Below are positions 16,236 to 25,135 of a DNA stretch of 32,034 bases, one piece after another; the stretch's first letter is position 1, and each line of letters opens with the position of its first letter. Position numbers and translations under genes: made by a program. The notes beneath the pieces were generated by a model that saw only the letters and a list, made by a program, of their open reading frames with translations, was not told where the DNA came from and ran no database searches. The DNA comes from Actinomycetota bacterium. Lineage in GTDB: Bacteria; Actinomycetota; CADDZG01; JAHWKV01; JAOPZY01. The stretch covers positions 1 to 32,034 of the forward strand of contig JAOPZY010000159.1 of the NCBI GenBank assembly GCA_025963875.1, given 5' to 3'.

Positions 16236-16292
16236 GAAATTCTTTGAGTACAGGTCGACGTACAGCGTCATTTCATACTCAAAGAAGTTTAG
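16236..16292. repeat. 57-bp palindromic REP-like element, copy B (overlaps divergent promoters)
   Basis: TTCTTTGAGTA-N7-ACG-TACAG-CGT-N7-TACTCAAAGAA (perfect 11-bp arms 16240-16250 and 16276-16286). Confidence 0.75.
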
Positions 16293-16301
16293 AATTGTCT
16301 T

Positions 16302-17222
16302 ATGGAGCGCTGGCTTGCGACGGCGAGTGGTCAACACGGGCTCATCACGCGGCAACAAATGCGCAATTTGGGGTTTACCGTGCGGGCAATCGAATGGAAG
16401 ATCGAGGTCGCGACCATCGAGGAGATGCTGCCGGGGGTCTACCGGGTCGGCGGCTCTGCCCGGACCTGGGAGCAGCGGGTTAGGGCCGCTTGCCTGTGGG
16501 GCGGCCCGGGTGCGTGCGCCTCCCACAAGTCGGCCGCTGCGCTGTGGCAGTTGGATGGGTTCGGTCCGGGGCCGGTCGAGATCTCCACCCTCAAGCAGAA
16601 CCGGGCGCACCTATCGTTCAAGGTGCATCGGACGCAGGTGGAACCGGCGTTCACTACGAGCAAACTGGGCATTCCCGTCACGAACGCTTTCCGGACGGTG
16701 CGCGATGTGGTCGGCATCGTCAGCGAGGACCGGTCGAACCAAGTGCTCGACGAGGCGCTGCGGAAAGGGTTGGTCTCCATGGACGCCCTCCGGCGGATGG
16801 TGGATCGGGAGAAACGTTCCGGCCGTCGTGGTCTCGGCGTGCTCCGTCGGCTGGTGGAGCAGCGGGAGCCGGGGTACCAGCCGTCGGCCTCCGAGCTCCA
16901 GGCGGCCACCCGCCGGCTGCTCGTCGCGGCCGGCATCGAGTTCGTCGAAGAGTTCGTGGTGACCGACGACAAGGGCAACTTCGTGGCCCGGGTCGATTTC
17001 AAGCTGGTGGGCTCGCCGGTCGTCGTCGAGTCCGACGGGCGGGCGAACCACTCATCCAAGCTCGACTGGCAGCACGACCTGGACCGGCGCAACCTCCTCA
17101 CCGCCCTGGGGCTCGGCGTCATCCACGTCACCTGGGACAAGGTCATGAACCGCCCGGACGAGTTTCTTGCCGAAGTCAGAGACGCCTCTACACGCCGGCC
17201 TTGGCCGCCGCCAACTCCTTGA
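16302..17222 (+). CDS. AbiEi-like N-terminal wHTH plus DUF559 / very-short-patch-repair-like endonuclease domain protein
   Basis: LATASGQHGLITRQQMRNLG..LPGVYRV, ASHKSAAALWQL, GIPVTNAFRTVRD, SASELQ, FVARVDF..VVVESDGRANH..DLDRRNLL..LGVIHVTW. TAGAAT at 16290-16295 is 6 nt before the ATG (leaderless). Confidence 0.85.
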   Translation: MERWLATASGQHGLITRQQMRNLGFTVRAIEWKIEVATIEEMLPGVYRVGGSARTWEQRVRAACLWGGPGACASHKSAAALWQLDGFGPGPVEISTLKQNRAHLSFKVHRTQVEPAFTTSKLGIPVTNAFRTVRDVVGIVSEDRSNQVLDEALRKGLVSMDALRRMVDREKRSGRRGLGVLRRLVEQREPGYQPSASELQAATRRLLVAAGIEFVEEFVVTDDKGNFVARVDFKLVGSPVVVESDGRANHSSKLDWQHDLDRRNLLTALGLGVIHVTWDKVMNRPDEFLAEVRDASTRRPWPPPTP

Positions 17223-18585
17223 CCAGCTCGCCGGTGAACGCCTTGGCGTCCCCGAAGAGCATCATCGTCTTGTCCATGTAGTAGAGGTCGTTGTCGATGC
17301 CGGCGAAGCCGGGGCTCATCGACCGCTTGATGACCATCACCGTCGACGCCTTGTCGACGTCGAGGATGGGCATGCCGTAGATAGGGGAGGTCTTGTCGGT
17401 CTTGGCCGCCGGGTTGGTGACGTCGTTCGCCCCGATGATCACCACGACGTCGGTCTGGGCGAACTCGGGGTTGATCTCGTCCATCTCGATGAGGCGGTCG
17501 TAGGGGATGTCCGCCTCGGCGAGCAGCACGTTCATGTGGCCCGGCATCCGCCCGGCGACGGGATGGATGGCGAATTTCACGTCCACGCCGGCCTTCGTGA
17601 GCGAGTCGTACAGCTCGCGAACTTTGTGCTGGGCCTGGGCGACCGCCATGCCGTAGCCCGGCACGACGACCACACGGGAGGCGACCTCGAGGATGGAGGC
17701 CGCCTCCTCCGCCGAAGCGCTGCGGTAGGGCCGCTGCTCGGTGGCCCCGCCCGCCTGCGCCACCTGGCCGAAGCCACCGAAGAGCACGTTGGTGAACGAT
17801 CGGTTCATGGCCTTGCACATGATGATCGACAGGATCAGGCCCGACGACCCGTCGAGGGCGCCCGCGACGATCAGCAGGGGGTTGTTCAGCACGAAGCCCA
17901 TCGCCGAGGCGGAGAGACCGGCGTAGGAGTTGAGGAGTGAGATAACCGTCGGCATGTCGGCGCCGCCGATCGGGATGATGAGGAGCACCCCAAAGAGCAG
18001 CGACAGCCCGGCTAGGGCGGGGAACAGGACGGTCTTGGTGGGGTCGGCGACGAGGTAGACGCCGATGGCGACGGCAATGGCAAAGAGGGTGAGGTTGACG
18101 GCATTCTGGCCCTTGTAGACCATCGGGCGGCTCGGGAGCAGCTCCTGGAGCTTACCGAACGCCATGAGGCTCCCCGTAAAGGTCAGGTAGCCCAGCAGCA
18201 CCTCCAGGATGAGGGCGACCATCTCGAAGTGGGTGAGGGGGGTGGCGCCGGCCCTCGCGTGCAGGTAGAACTCGGCGGTGCCGACCACCGCCGCTGCGAG
18301 GCCGCCGAAGGAGTGGGACAGGGCGGTCCGCTGGGGGACGTCCTTCATCGGCATGAAGATCGCCAGCGGCAGGCCGATGATGGCCCCGAGGACGAGGCCG
18401 ACGATGATCCAGTTGTAGGTCATGCCCTTGGTGATCAGGGCGCCGAGGATGGCGATCGCCATCCCGATCTCGCCGATGGTCACGCCCCGGCGGGCCGTCG
18501 AGGGCCGGGACAGCCACTTGAGCGCCAGGATGAAGCAGCCCGCAGCGATGATGTAGGTGTACTGCTGGAACGTGACGATGCTCAC
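17188..18585 (-). CDS. pntB: NAD(P) transhydrogenase subunit beta
   Basis: LTFTGSLMAFGKLQ, IGGADMPTVISLLNSYAG, CKAMNRS, VPGYGMAVAQAQH, IHPVAGRMPGHMNVLLAEA, IGANDVTNP, MLFGDAK; GTG 18585 overlaps the upstream stop. Confidence 0.97.
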   Translation of the reverse strand: MSIVTFQQYTYIIAAGCFILALKWLSRPSTARRGVTIGEIGMAIAILGALITKGMTYNWIIVGLVLGAIIGLPLAIFMPMKDVPQRTALSHSFGGLAAAVVGTAEFYLHARAGATPLTHFEMVALILEVLLGYLTFTGSLMAFGKLQELLPSRPMVYKGQNAVNLTLFAIAVAIGVYLVADPTKTVLFPALAGLSLLFGVLLIIPIGGADMPTVISLLNSYAGLSASAMGFVLNNPLLIVAGALDGSSGLILSIIMCKAMNRSFTNVLFGGFGQVAQAGGATEQRPYRSASAEEAASILEVASRVVVVPGYGMAVAQAQHKVRELYDSLTKAGVDVKFAIHPVAGRMPGHMNVLLAEADIPYDRLIEMDEINPEFAQTDVVVIIGANDVTNPAAKTDKTSPIYGMPILDVDKASTVMVIKRSMSPGFAGIDNDLYYMDKTMMLFGDAKAFTGELVKELAAAKAGV

Positions 18586-18905
18586 GCGGCACCCCTCGTT
18601 CCGGCACCCGTCTTGGCCGGCTCCCGCTTTTTGAACATCTTCAGCATGCGGTCGGTAATGACGAAGCCGCCGACGACGTTGGCGAACGAGGCGGTGATGG
18701 CGATGGTCCCAAGCGTCACGGCAAGGTGGTCGTGGTAGTGGGTCCCCGTCAGCTCGATCGATCCGATGAGCGAGATCGCCGAGATGGCGTTGGTGAGCGA
18801 CATCAGCGGCGTGTGCAGCAGCGGGCTCACCCGCTTGATGACCTCGAGCCCGAGGAAGGTGGCCAGCATGAAGATGAGGATGTAGATCGTGAGGTTGTTC
18901 GACAT
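18582..18905 (-). CDS. pntAB: NAD(P) transhydrogenase subunit alpha part 2 (membrane)
   Basis: LHTPLMSLTNAISAI, NVVGGFVITDRMLKMF. Confidence 0.96.
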   Translation of the reverse strand: MSNNLTIYILIFMLATFLGLEVIKRVSPLLHTPLMSLTNAISAISLIGSIELTGTHYHDHLAVTLGTIAITASFANVVGGFVITDRMLKMFKKREPAKTGAGTRGAA

Positions 18906-20159
18906 CTAGGGCACCTTTCCGGTCGTCGCGGCGGCGGGCTGGGCAGGTGCAGCCGGCACCGGCGTGGGGGGAGGCTGCTGGACGGGATCGTCCAGCCCGA
19001 GGGCCTGGCGCACCCTGGCGTTGGTGACCTCGCCGCTGCGCGCGACGAGGCTCTCCCGCACGATCTCGTCCTCGGTGTCGACCTTGAGGATCCGCTCCTT
19101 GCCGTTGTACATGTTCATCAGGAAGGCGGTGAGGTTCTTGGCGTAGGTCATGCTCGCGTGCACCGGGACGGTGGAGGGGAGGTTGGTCGGCCCGTCGATG
19201 GTGACCCCGTTGACGAGGACCTCCTCGTCGGGTTGCGACAGCTCCACGTTGCCGCCCTGCCCGGCCGCCATGTCGACGATCACCGAGCCCGGCGCCATCC
19301 CACGCACCATGTCCGCCGTCACCAGCACCGGGGCCTTCTTGCCCGGGACCTGGGCCGTCGTGATCACGATGTCGCTGGCGGCGACGACCTTCGCCATCAG
19401 CTCCCGCTGGCGGCGGAGGAAGTCCTCGCTCTGCTCCTTGGCATAGCCGCCGGTGCCTTTGGCCTCGGACGTGTCGAGGGGGACCTCGACGAACTTGGCG
19501 CCAAGGCTCTCCACCTGCTCCTTGGTCTCCGGCCGGACGTCGAAGGCCTGGACGACGGCGCCGAGGCGGCGGGCGGTGGCGATGGCCTGCAGCCCGGCGA
19601 CGCCGACGCCGAGCACGAACACCTTGGCCGGCGGGATCGTCCCCGCCGCGGTGGTCATCATCGGCATCATCTTGGGCAGCAGCCGGGCCGCACGGATGAC
19701 CGCCTTGTAGCCGCCGATGTTCGCCTGGGACGAGAGGGCGTCCATGCTCTGGGCCCTCGTGATGCGGGGAACCAGCTCCATGGCGAAGAAGGTGACCTTG
19801 CGCCGGGCAAGTTCGGCGACCCCCTCGGGGTTGGCGAGGGGGTTGGCGAGCCCGATCACGAGCTGGTCCGGCCGGAGCAGGTCGAGGTCGCATTTCCCGG
19901 CATCGGGATTGGCCGGATAGGTGCGGACCTGCAGGACGATGTCCGCCCCGAAGGCGTCGGCCCGGGAGCCGATCTCGGCCCCGTGGTGCGTGTAGGCCTC
20001 GTCCAGGAAACCGGCCTCGGCGCCGGCGCCGCTCTCGACGATGATGCGCAGCCCAACCTTCGTGAATGCCGGGAGGGCGTTCGGCGTCAGTGCTACCCGA
20101 CGCTCGCCCGGGAACGTCTCCCGCGGCACTCCGACCGACAACGAGGCCTCATCCGCCAT
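18906..20159 (-). CDS. pntAA: NAD(P) transhydrogenase subunit alpha part 1 (NAD(H)-binding dI)
   Basis: VGVPRETFPGERRVALTP, PRITRAQSMDALSSQANIGGYKAV, GVGVAGLQAIATARRLGA, GGYAKE, DMAAGQGGNVE. Confidence 0.97.
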   Translation of the reverse strand: MADEASLSVGVPRETFPGERRVALTPNALPAFTKVGLRIIVESGAGAEAGFLDEAYTHHGAEIGSRADAFGADIVLQVRTYPANPDAGKCDLDLLRPDQLVIGLANPLANPEGVAELARRKVTFFAMELVPRITRAQSMDALSSQANIGGYKAVIRAARLLPKMMPMMTTAAGTIPPAKVFVLGVGVAGLQAIATARRLGAVVQAFDVRPETKEQVESLGAKFVEVPLDTSEAKGTGGYAKEQSEDFLRRQRELMAKVVAASDIVITTAQVPGKKAPVLVTADMVRGMAPGSVIVDMAAGQGGNVELSQPDEEVLVNGVTIDGPTNLPSTVPVHASMTYAKNLTAFLMNMYNGKERILKVDTEDEIVRESLVARSGEVTNARVRQALGLDDPVQQPPPTPVPAAPAQPAAATTGKVP

Positions 20160-20255
20160 TCAGCCACCCCTCTCCGCGCTCGGCCCCACCGGAACGCCCC
20201 GGGAGGTCGCCGCATGCCGACCCCCGTCTACCCCAGTGAGCTCATTTCGCCGCCC

Positions 20256-22355
20256 TCATGTTTGAGCACCTGCAGCAACTCGCTGCACCAGGCTGCGAGC
20301 GTGCTCGGCGACGTTGTCCGCCGTAAACCCGAGCTCGGCCATCACCGTCGCCCCCGGCGCCGAGGCGCCGAAGTGGTCGAGGGCCACGGATGCGCCCTCG
20401 TCGCCGATCCAGCGCTCCCAGCCGAAGCTGGCGGCCGACTCGACGGACAGGCGGGCCCGGACGCTGGGCGGGAGGACCTCGTCGCGGTAGCTCTTCGGCT
20501 GGGCCGCGAACAGGTCCCACGAAGGCATGCTGACGACGCGGGCGCGGATGCCCTCCCCGGCGAGGCGCTCCGCGGCCTCGACGGAGATGGAGACCTCCGA
20601 CCCGGTGGCGATGATGATGAGGTCGGGGTCGGGGGAGCCGCCGTTGCTCGCAGGGGGGTCGAACAGGGTGTAGGCGCCCTTGGCGAGCCCTGAGGCCGGG
20701 GCCAGCCGGGTCCGGTCGAGGACCGGGACGTTCTGGCGGGTGAGGACGAGGCCAACTGGACGGTCGTGATGGAGGAGCGCGACCCGCCAGGCCTCAATGG
20801 CCTCGTTGGCGTCGGCGGGCCGGATCAGCATGAGGTTGGGCATGGCCCTGAGGCTCGCCAGGTGCTCGACCGGCTGGTGGGTCGGCCCGTCCTCGCCCTG
20901 CCCGATCGAGTCATGCGACCAGACGAAGATCGTGGGGGCCTTCATGAGGGCCGCCAGCCGGACGGCGGGCCGCATGTAGTCGGAGAAGATCAGGAACGTC
21001 CCGCCGAAGGGCCGGATGCCGCCGTGCAGGGCCATCCCGTTCATGGCCGCGGCCATGCCGTGCTCCCGGACCCCGTAGTGGATGTTGCGGCCGGAGGCGT
21101 CCGCTCCCAGCGCCCCGCCGCCCTTGATCTCGGTCAGGTTCGAGCCCGTCAGGTCCGCCGACCCGCCGATCAGCTCCGGCACCCTGGGGGCGAGGGCGTT
21201 GATGGCCATGTTGGAGGCCGCCCGCGTGGACACCGACTTCTTGTCGACCGGGACCACCGGCAGGTCGGCGTCCCAGCCCTCGGGCAGTTTGCCGGAGAGC
21301 ACGCGCTCGAACTCGGCGGCCAGCTCCGGGTATTCCGCCTTGTAACGGCTGAACAGGTAGTTCCATGTCGCCTCGGCCTCGGCCCCCCGGGGGCCGGCCT
21401 GCCGCCAGTTCGCCAGGGCCTCGTCCGGGACGAAGAAGTGCTTGTCCGGGTCCCAGCCGAGGCGGATCTTCGTCCCGCGGACCTCCTCCTCGCCAAGGGC
21501 CTGCCCGTGGGCGAGCTCGCTGTCCTGGCGGGTGGGGGCGCCGTAGCCGATGTGGGTCCGCAGCACGATCAGCGACGGGCGCGGGTCGCCCTGGGCGGCC
21601 TCGATGGCTTCCGTGATCTTGCCGAGCTCGTTGCCGTCGGGGACGTGCTGGACGTGCCACTGGTACGCCTCGAACCGCTTCCCCACGTCCTCGGTGAAGG
21701 CGAGCTCGGTCGAGCCGTCGATCGAGATCTGGTTGGCGTCGTAGAGGTAGATCAGCTTGCCGAGGCGGAGGTGGCCGGCGAGCGATGCCGACTCGTGGGA
21801 GACGCCCTCCATGACGTCGCCGTCGGAGCAGATGGCGTAGGTGTGGTGGTTGACGACCGCGAAGCCGGGCTTGTTGAAGCGGGCGGCGAGCTCCCGCTCG
21901 GCGATCGCCATGCCGACGCCGGTGGCGAAGCCCTGCCCGAGGGGCCCGGTCGTGGTTTCGACACCAACGGTGTGGCCGTACTCGGGGTGGCCCGGGGTCA
22001 ACGACCCCCACTGCCGGAACTGCTGGAGGTCCTCGATGGTCAGCCCGTAGCCCGTCAGGAACAGCAGGGAGTAGAGGAGCATCGAGGCGTGGCCCGCCGA
22101 GAGCACGAAGCGGTCCCGGTCGGGCCAGTGAGGGTTGGCGGGGTTGTGCTTGAGGAAGCGGTGCCAGAGGACGTACGCCGCGGGGGCGAGGCCCATCGGA
22201 GCCCCCGGGTGGCCCGAGTTCGCCTTCTGCACGGCATCGGCGGCAAGCGTGCGGATCGTGTTGATGGAGAGGAGATCGAGGTCGTTGCCGTAGCTCGGCG
22301 GGGAGACGATCTTCTCGAGGGTGCTCGTGGTGTCTGGGCTCATAGTGGGGCTCAC
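20256..22355 (-). CDS. tkt: Transketolase
   Basis: [72 protein letters not shown]. Start GTG 22355 (coupled to the rpe stop) or ATG 22343. Confidence 0.97.
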   Translation of the reverse strand: MSPTMSPDTTSTLEKIVSPPSYGNDLDLLSINTIRTLAADAVQKANSGHPGAPMGLAPAAYVLWHRFLKHNPANPHWPDRDRFVLSAGHASMLLYSLLFLTGYGLTIEDLQQFRQWGSLTPGHPEYGHTVGVETTTGPLGQGFATGVGMAIAERELAARFNKPGFAVVNHHTYAICSDGDVMEGVSHESASLAGHLRLGKLIYLYDANQISIDGSTELAFTEDVGKRFEAYQWHVQHVPDGNELGKITEAIEAAQGDPRPSLIVLRTHIGYGAPTRQDSELAHGQALGEEEVRGTKIRLGWDPDKHFFVPDEALANWRQAGPRGAEAEATWNYLFSRYKAEYPELAAEFERVLSGKLPEGWDADLPVVPVDKKSVSTRAASNMAINALAPRVPELIGGSADLTGSNLTEIKGGGALGADASGRNIHYGVREHGMAAAMNGMALHGGIRPFGGTFLIFSDYMRPAVRLAALMKAPTIFVWSHDSIGQGEDGPTHQPVEHLASLRAMPNLMLIRPADANEAIEAWRVALLHHDRPVGLVLTRQNVPVLDRTRLAPASGLAKGAYTLFDPPASNGGSPDPDLIIIATGSEVSISVEAAERLAGEGIRARVVSMPSWDLFAAQPKSYRDEVLPPSVRARLSVESAASFGWERWIGDEGASVALDHFGASAPGATVMAELGFTADNVAEHARSLVQRVAAGAQT

Positions 22356-23068
22356 TTTCCTCCGGCGATAGCGCTGATCGGGCTCCCCGCCTCGACCTCG
22401 ATGGCCTCGGCAAGGTTGGCGCGGCACTGTGCCACGCCGGCGGCGACCCCACCCGGATCACGGAACAGCGCGGAGCCGACGACGAAGGTGTCGGCCCCCG
22501 CAGCCGCGGCAGCGCCGATGGTCGAGGGGGAGATGCCGCCATCGACCTCCAGGGGGATATCCCGGCCGGTGGCGTCGATCATCTTCCGCGCCTCGGCGAT
22601 CTTGGGTTCCATCTCGGCGATGTAGGCCTGGCCCCCGAACCCGGGGTTGACCGTCATCACCAGAAGGTGATCGATGGAGCCCAGGACGTGGCGGATCGCC
22701 TCGAGCGGCGTGTGGGGGTTGAGGGCGACGCCGGCCTTCGCCCCCAGGCGGCGGATCTCCTGCAGGGTGCGGTGCAGGTGGACGCTGACCTCGGGGTGCA
22801 CGATGACGGTCTCGCAGCCGGCCTCGACGTACTGGTCGATCCACCGCTCCGGCTCCTCGATCATGAGGTGTGCCTCGTAGGGGACCGCCGTGGCGCCCCG
22901 GCAGGCCTTGATGAACTCGGGACCGAAGGTGAGGTTGGGCACGAAGTGCCCGTCCATCACGTCCCACTGGATGGCATCGACGCCCGCGGCGTCGAGCCGG
23001 GCGACCTCGTCGAAGAGCCGGCCGGGGTCGGCGTTCAGGACGGACGGCACGATCCAGGGCGTTCTCAC
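22352..23068 (-). CDS. rpe: Ribulose-phosphate 3-epimerase
   Basis: [51 protein letters not shown] 23068 overlaps the tal stop. Confidence 0.96.
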   Translation of the reverse strand: MRTPWIVPSVLNADPGRLFDEVARLDAAGVDAIQWDVMDGHFVPNLTFGPEFIKACRGATAVPYEAHLMIEEPERWIDQYVEAGCETVIVHPEVSVHLHRTLQEIRRLGAKAGVALNPHTPLEAIRHVLGSIDHLLVMTVNPGFGGQAYIAEMEPKIAEARKMIDATGRDIPLEVDGGISPSTIGAAAAAGADTFVVGSALFRDPGGVAAGVAQCRANLAEAIEVEAGSPISAIAGGK

Positions 23069-23733
23069 TTGGCGGCGGTCGCTTCCTGCAGGTGCTGCCA
23101 GTCCGCCATGAACTGCTCCAGGCCCTTGTCGGTGAGCGGGTGCTGGACGAGCATCTTGAACACCTTGAAGGGCATCGTCGCGATGTCGGCCCCCACCCGG
23201 GCGGCGTCCATGACGTGCACCGGGTGACGCAGGGAGGCCGCCAGCACCTTCGTCGTGTACTCCTGGACGCGGAAGATCTCGCAGATCTCTGCCACGAGGG
23301 CCAGGCCGTCCCACGAGATGTCGTCGAGACGGCCGGCGAAGGGGCTGCAGCACCAGGCCCCCGCCTTGGCGGAGAGGATCGCCTGGTTCGGCGAGAAGAT
23401 CAGCGTCATGTTCACCTTGATGCCTTCGCGGGAGAGGCGGTGGGTCGCCGCCAGGCCCGCAGGGGTGCACGGGCACTTGACGAGGACGTTGGGGGCCCAG
23501 GAGTGGTAGACGAGGCCCTCCTTGTACATGCCGTCGGCGTCGGTGGAGACGCACTCCATCGACACGGGGCCGTCGATGATGGAGCTGATCTTCTTGATGG
23601 CGACCTCGGGATTGGCGTGGCCGGCCTTGGAGATGAGGGTGGGGTTCGTCGTGACGCTGCCGAGCACCCCCCAACTCGCGGCCTCTTCTATCTCCGAGAT
23701 CTCTGCGGTGTCGAGAGACAGAATCATGTCCAT
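23065..23733 (-). CDS. tal: Transaldolase, small (TalC/FSA-like fold) type
   Basis: LDTA, VTTNPTL, GPVSME (Glu), NVLVK (Schiff-base Lys), NMTLIFS, SPFAGRLDD (Phe), LAASLRH, HPLTDKGL. Glu+Phe is the transaldolase rather than FSA (Gln+Tyr) signature. Start 23733 or 23727. Confidence 0.9.
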   Translation of the reverse strand: MDMILSLDTAEISEIEEAASWGVLGSVTTNPTLISKAGHANPEVAIKKISSIIDGPVSMECVSTDADGMYKEGLVYHSWAPNVLVKCPCTPAGLAATHRLSREGIKVNMTLIFSPNQAILSAKAGAWCCSPFAGRLDDISWDGLALVAEICEIFRVQEYTTKVLAASLRHPVHVMDAARVGADIATMPFKVFKMLVQHPLTDKGLEQFMADWQHLQEATAAK

Positions 23734-23854
23734 TTTTCTCACCCTTTACGGAAATTGACCTCGCGTGGCAAGGTTGGCCGTGGCGTTAACGCTATTCCCG
23801 GGGGCCGGCGTCATGCCATTCCCCGGCGGAACCAGACTGGGGTGGGAGGCGGCC

Positions 23855-24012
23855 TCACCCCCTCAGGTGACGGCCGGAGAGCCTCCGCGCCGCATCCGTC
23901 CCCCCTCCGCCGCCGGCGGGGCCCGCAGGCGGCTCGAACGCCGGAGATCCCGAAGCACCGTCCCGGCAAAAGTTGCTAGTCTTCATATCGTCTCGTCACC
24001 CCCATAGGTGAC
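23855..24012. promoter_or_regulatory. Two copies of a TCACC-N6-GGTGA palindromic box in the tal/prk divergent promoter region
   Basis: TCACCCCCTCAGGTGAC 23855-23871 and TCACCCCCATAGGTGAC 23996-24012 (15/17 identical). Confidence 0.55.
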
Positions 24013-24105
24013 CTGCATCTCCTTGGCACGATACCCATGACGGGGGATTGTCTCCTCTGGATAAGACCCTACCCTGGTAGTTGACACCTAGCTCGGGAGC
24101 GACGG

Positions 24106-25089
24106 ATGGCCATGAGCCCACTTGGGCTGCGCAACAAAGGGGGCATCGGCTCCACGCGTGCCCGCCGCCCCATCATGCTCGGCGTGGTCGGGGACTCGGC
24201 CGCCGGCAAGACAACGCTCACCCGCGGGATCGAGAACATCTTCGGTCAGGACCGGGTGAACTCGATCTGCACCGACGACTACCACCGCTACGACCGTGAG
24301 GCGCGCAAGAAGGTCCAGCTCACGCCGCTGAACCCCGAGTGCAACTACATGGACATCATGGAGCAGCACCTCGCACTCATGGCGATGGGGGAGCCGATCC
24401 TGAAGCCCGTCTACAACCACAACCACGGCACCCTCGACGCCCCAGAGGTGTTCGAGCCCGCCGACTACGTCGTCATCGAGGGCCTGCTCGGCTTCTGGAC
24501 CAAGGGGATGCGGGACTGCTTCGACGTCAAGGTCTTCCTCGACCCCCCCGAGGACCTGCGCCGCGCCTGGAAGATCAAGCGCGACTGCACGAAGCGCAAC
24601 TACACCCCGGACGAGGTCATCGCCGACATGCAGAAGCGCGAGCCCGACTCCAAGGAGTTCATCGAGCCCCAGCGGGAGTACGCCGACATCGTCGTGCGGT
24701 TCATCCCCCCGGGTGGCAACCTCGACAGCGACCCCACCAAGTACAACGTGCGCCTCGTGCTGCGGCCGACCCTCCCGCATCCGTATCTCGCGGAGATCGC
24801 CGCCGAGACCCGCACCCCGCGTTACGAGCCCATCCGGTTCCACCTCGCCCGTGACCGGGGCAAGCCGGTCGACGTCCTGGAGATCGACGGCCAGGTCCCG
24901 CCGGAGGTCTCCGCGGCCGCCGAGGAGATCATCTGGGACAAGATGGCGCACCCCGACGGCGAGCTCAACCGGGAGGCGATCGGCGTGTTCGTCGACGCCA
25001 ACCAGGAGAGGCGCTCGGAGAGCCTGGCCCTCACCCAGCTCCTGATCGTCTTCCAGCTCGTCGGCGCCGCCTCCGCCGCCGCCCGCTAG
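24106..25089 (+). CDS. prk: Phosphoribulokinase (class II, cyanobacterial/plant-like)
   Basis: GVVGDSAAGKTT P-loop, ICTDDYHRYDR, KPVYNH, IEGL, WKIKRD, FIEPQREYADIVV; adjacent to cbbR-cbbLSX. Confidence 0.93.
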   Translation: MAMSPLGLRNKGGIGSTRARRPIMLGVVGDSAAGKTTLTRGIENIFGQDRVNSICTDDYHRYDREARKKVQLTPLNPECNYMDIMEQHLALMAMGEPILKPVYNHNHGTLDAPEVFEPADYVVIEGLLGFWTKGMRDCFDVKVFLDPPEDLRRAWKIKRDCTKRNYTPDEVIADMQKREPDSKEFIEPQREYADIVVRFIPPGGNLDSDPTKYNVRLVLRPTLPHPYLAEIAAETRTPRYEPIRFHLARDRGKPVDVLEIDGQVPPEVSAAAEEIIWDKMAHPDGELNREAIGVFVDANQERRSESLALTQLLIVFQLVGAASAAAR

Positions 25090-25097
25090 AACGCAAG

Positions 25098-25133
25098 TCC
25101 CAGGCCGGGGGCACCTCCCAGGCCGGGGGCACC
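25098..25133. repeat. Perfect 18-bp tandem duplication between convergent prk and cbbR
   Basis: TCCCAGGCCGGGGGCACC at 25098-25115 and 25116-25133. Confidence 0.9.
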
Positions 25134-25135
25134 CC

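Noticed and set aside
17188..19893. 901-aa ORF suggesting a giant PntB or PntA-PntB fusion
   Set aside because: The N-terminal 435 aa are Arg/Gly/Pro-rich off-frame read-through over pntAA/pntAB; real PntB begins at GTG 18585.
22352..23674. 440-aa ORF suggesting a Tal-Rpe fusion
   Set aside because: Upstream part is an alternative frame of tal; Rpe homology starts at GTG 23068.
23065..23733. Annotation as fructose-6-phosphate aldolase (fsa)
   Set aside because: Active-site Glu and Phe match transaldolases; FSA has Gln and Tyr at these positions.
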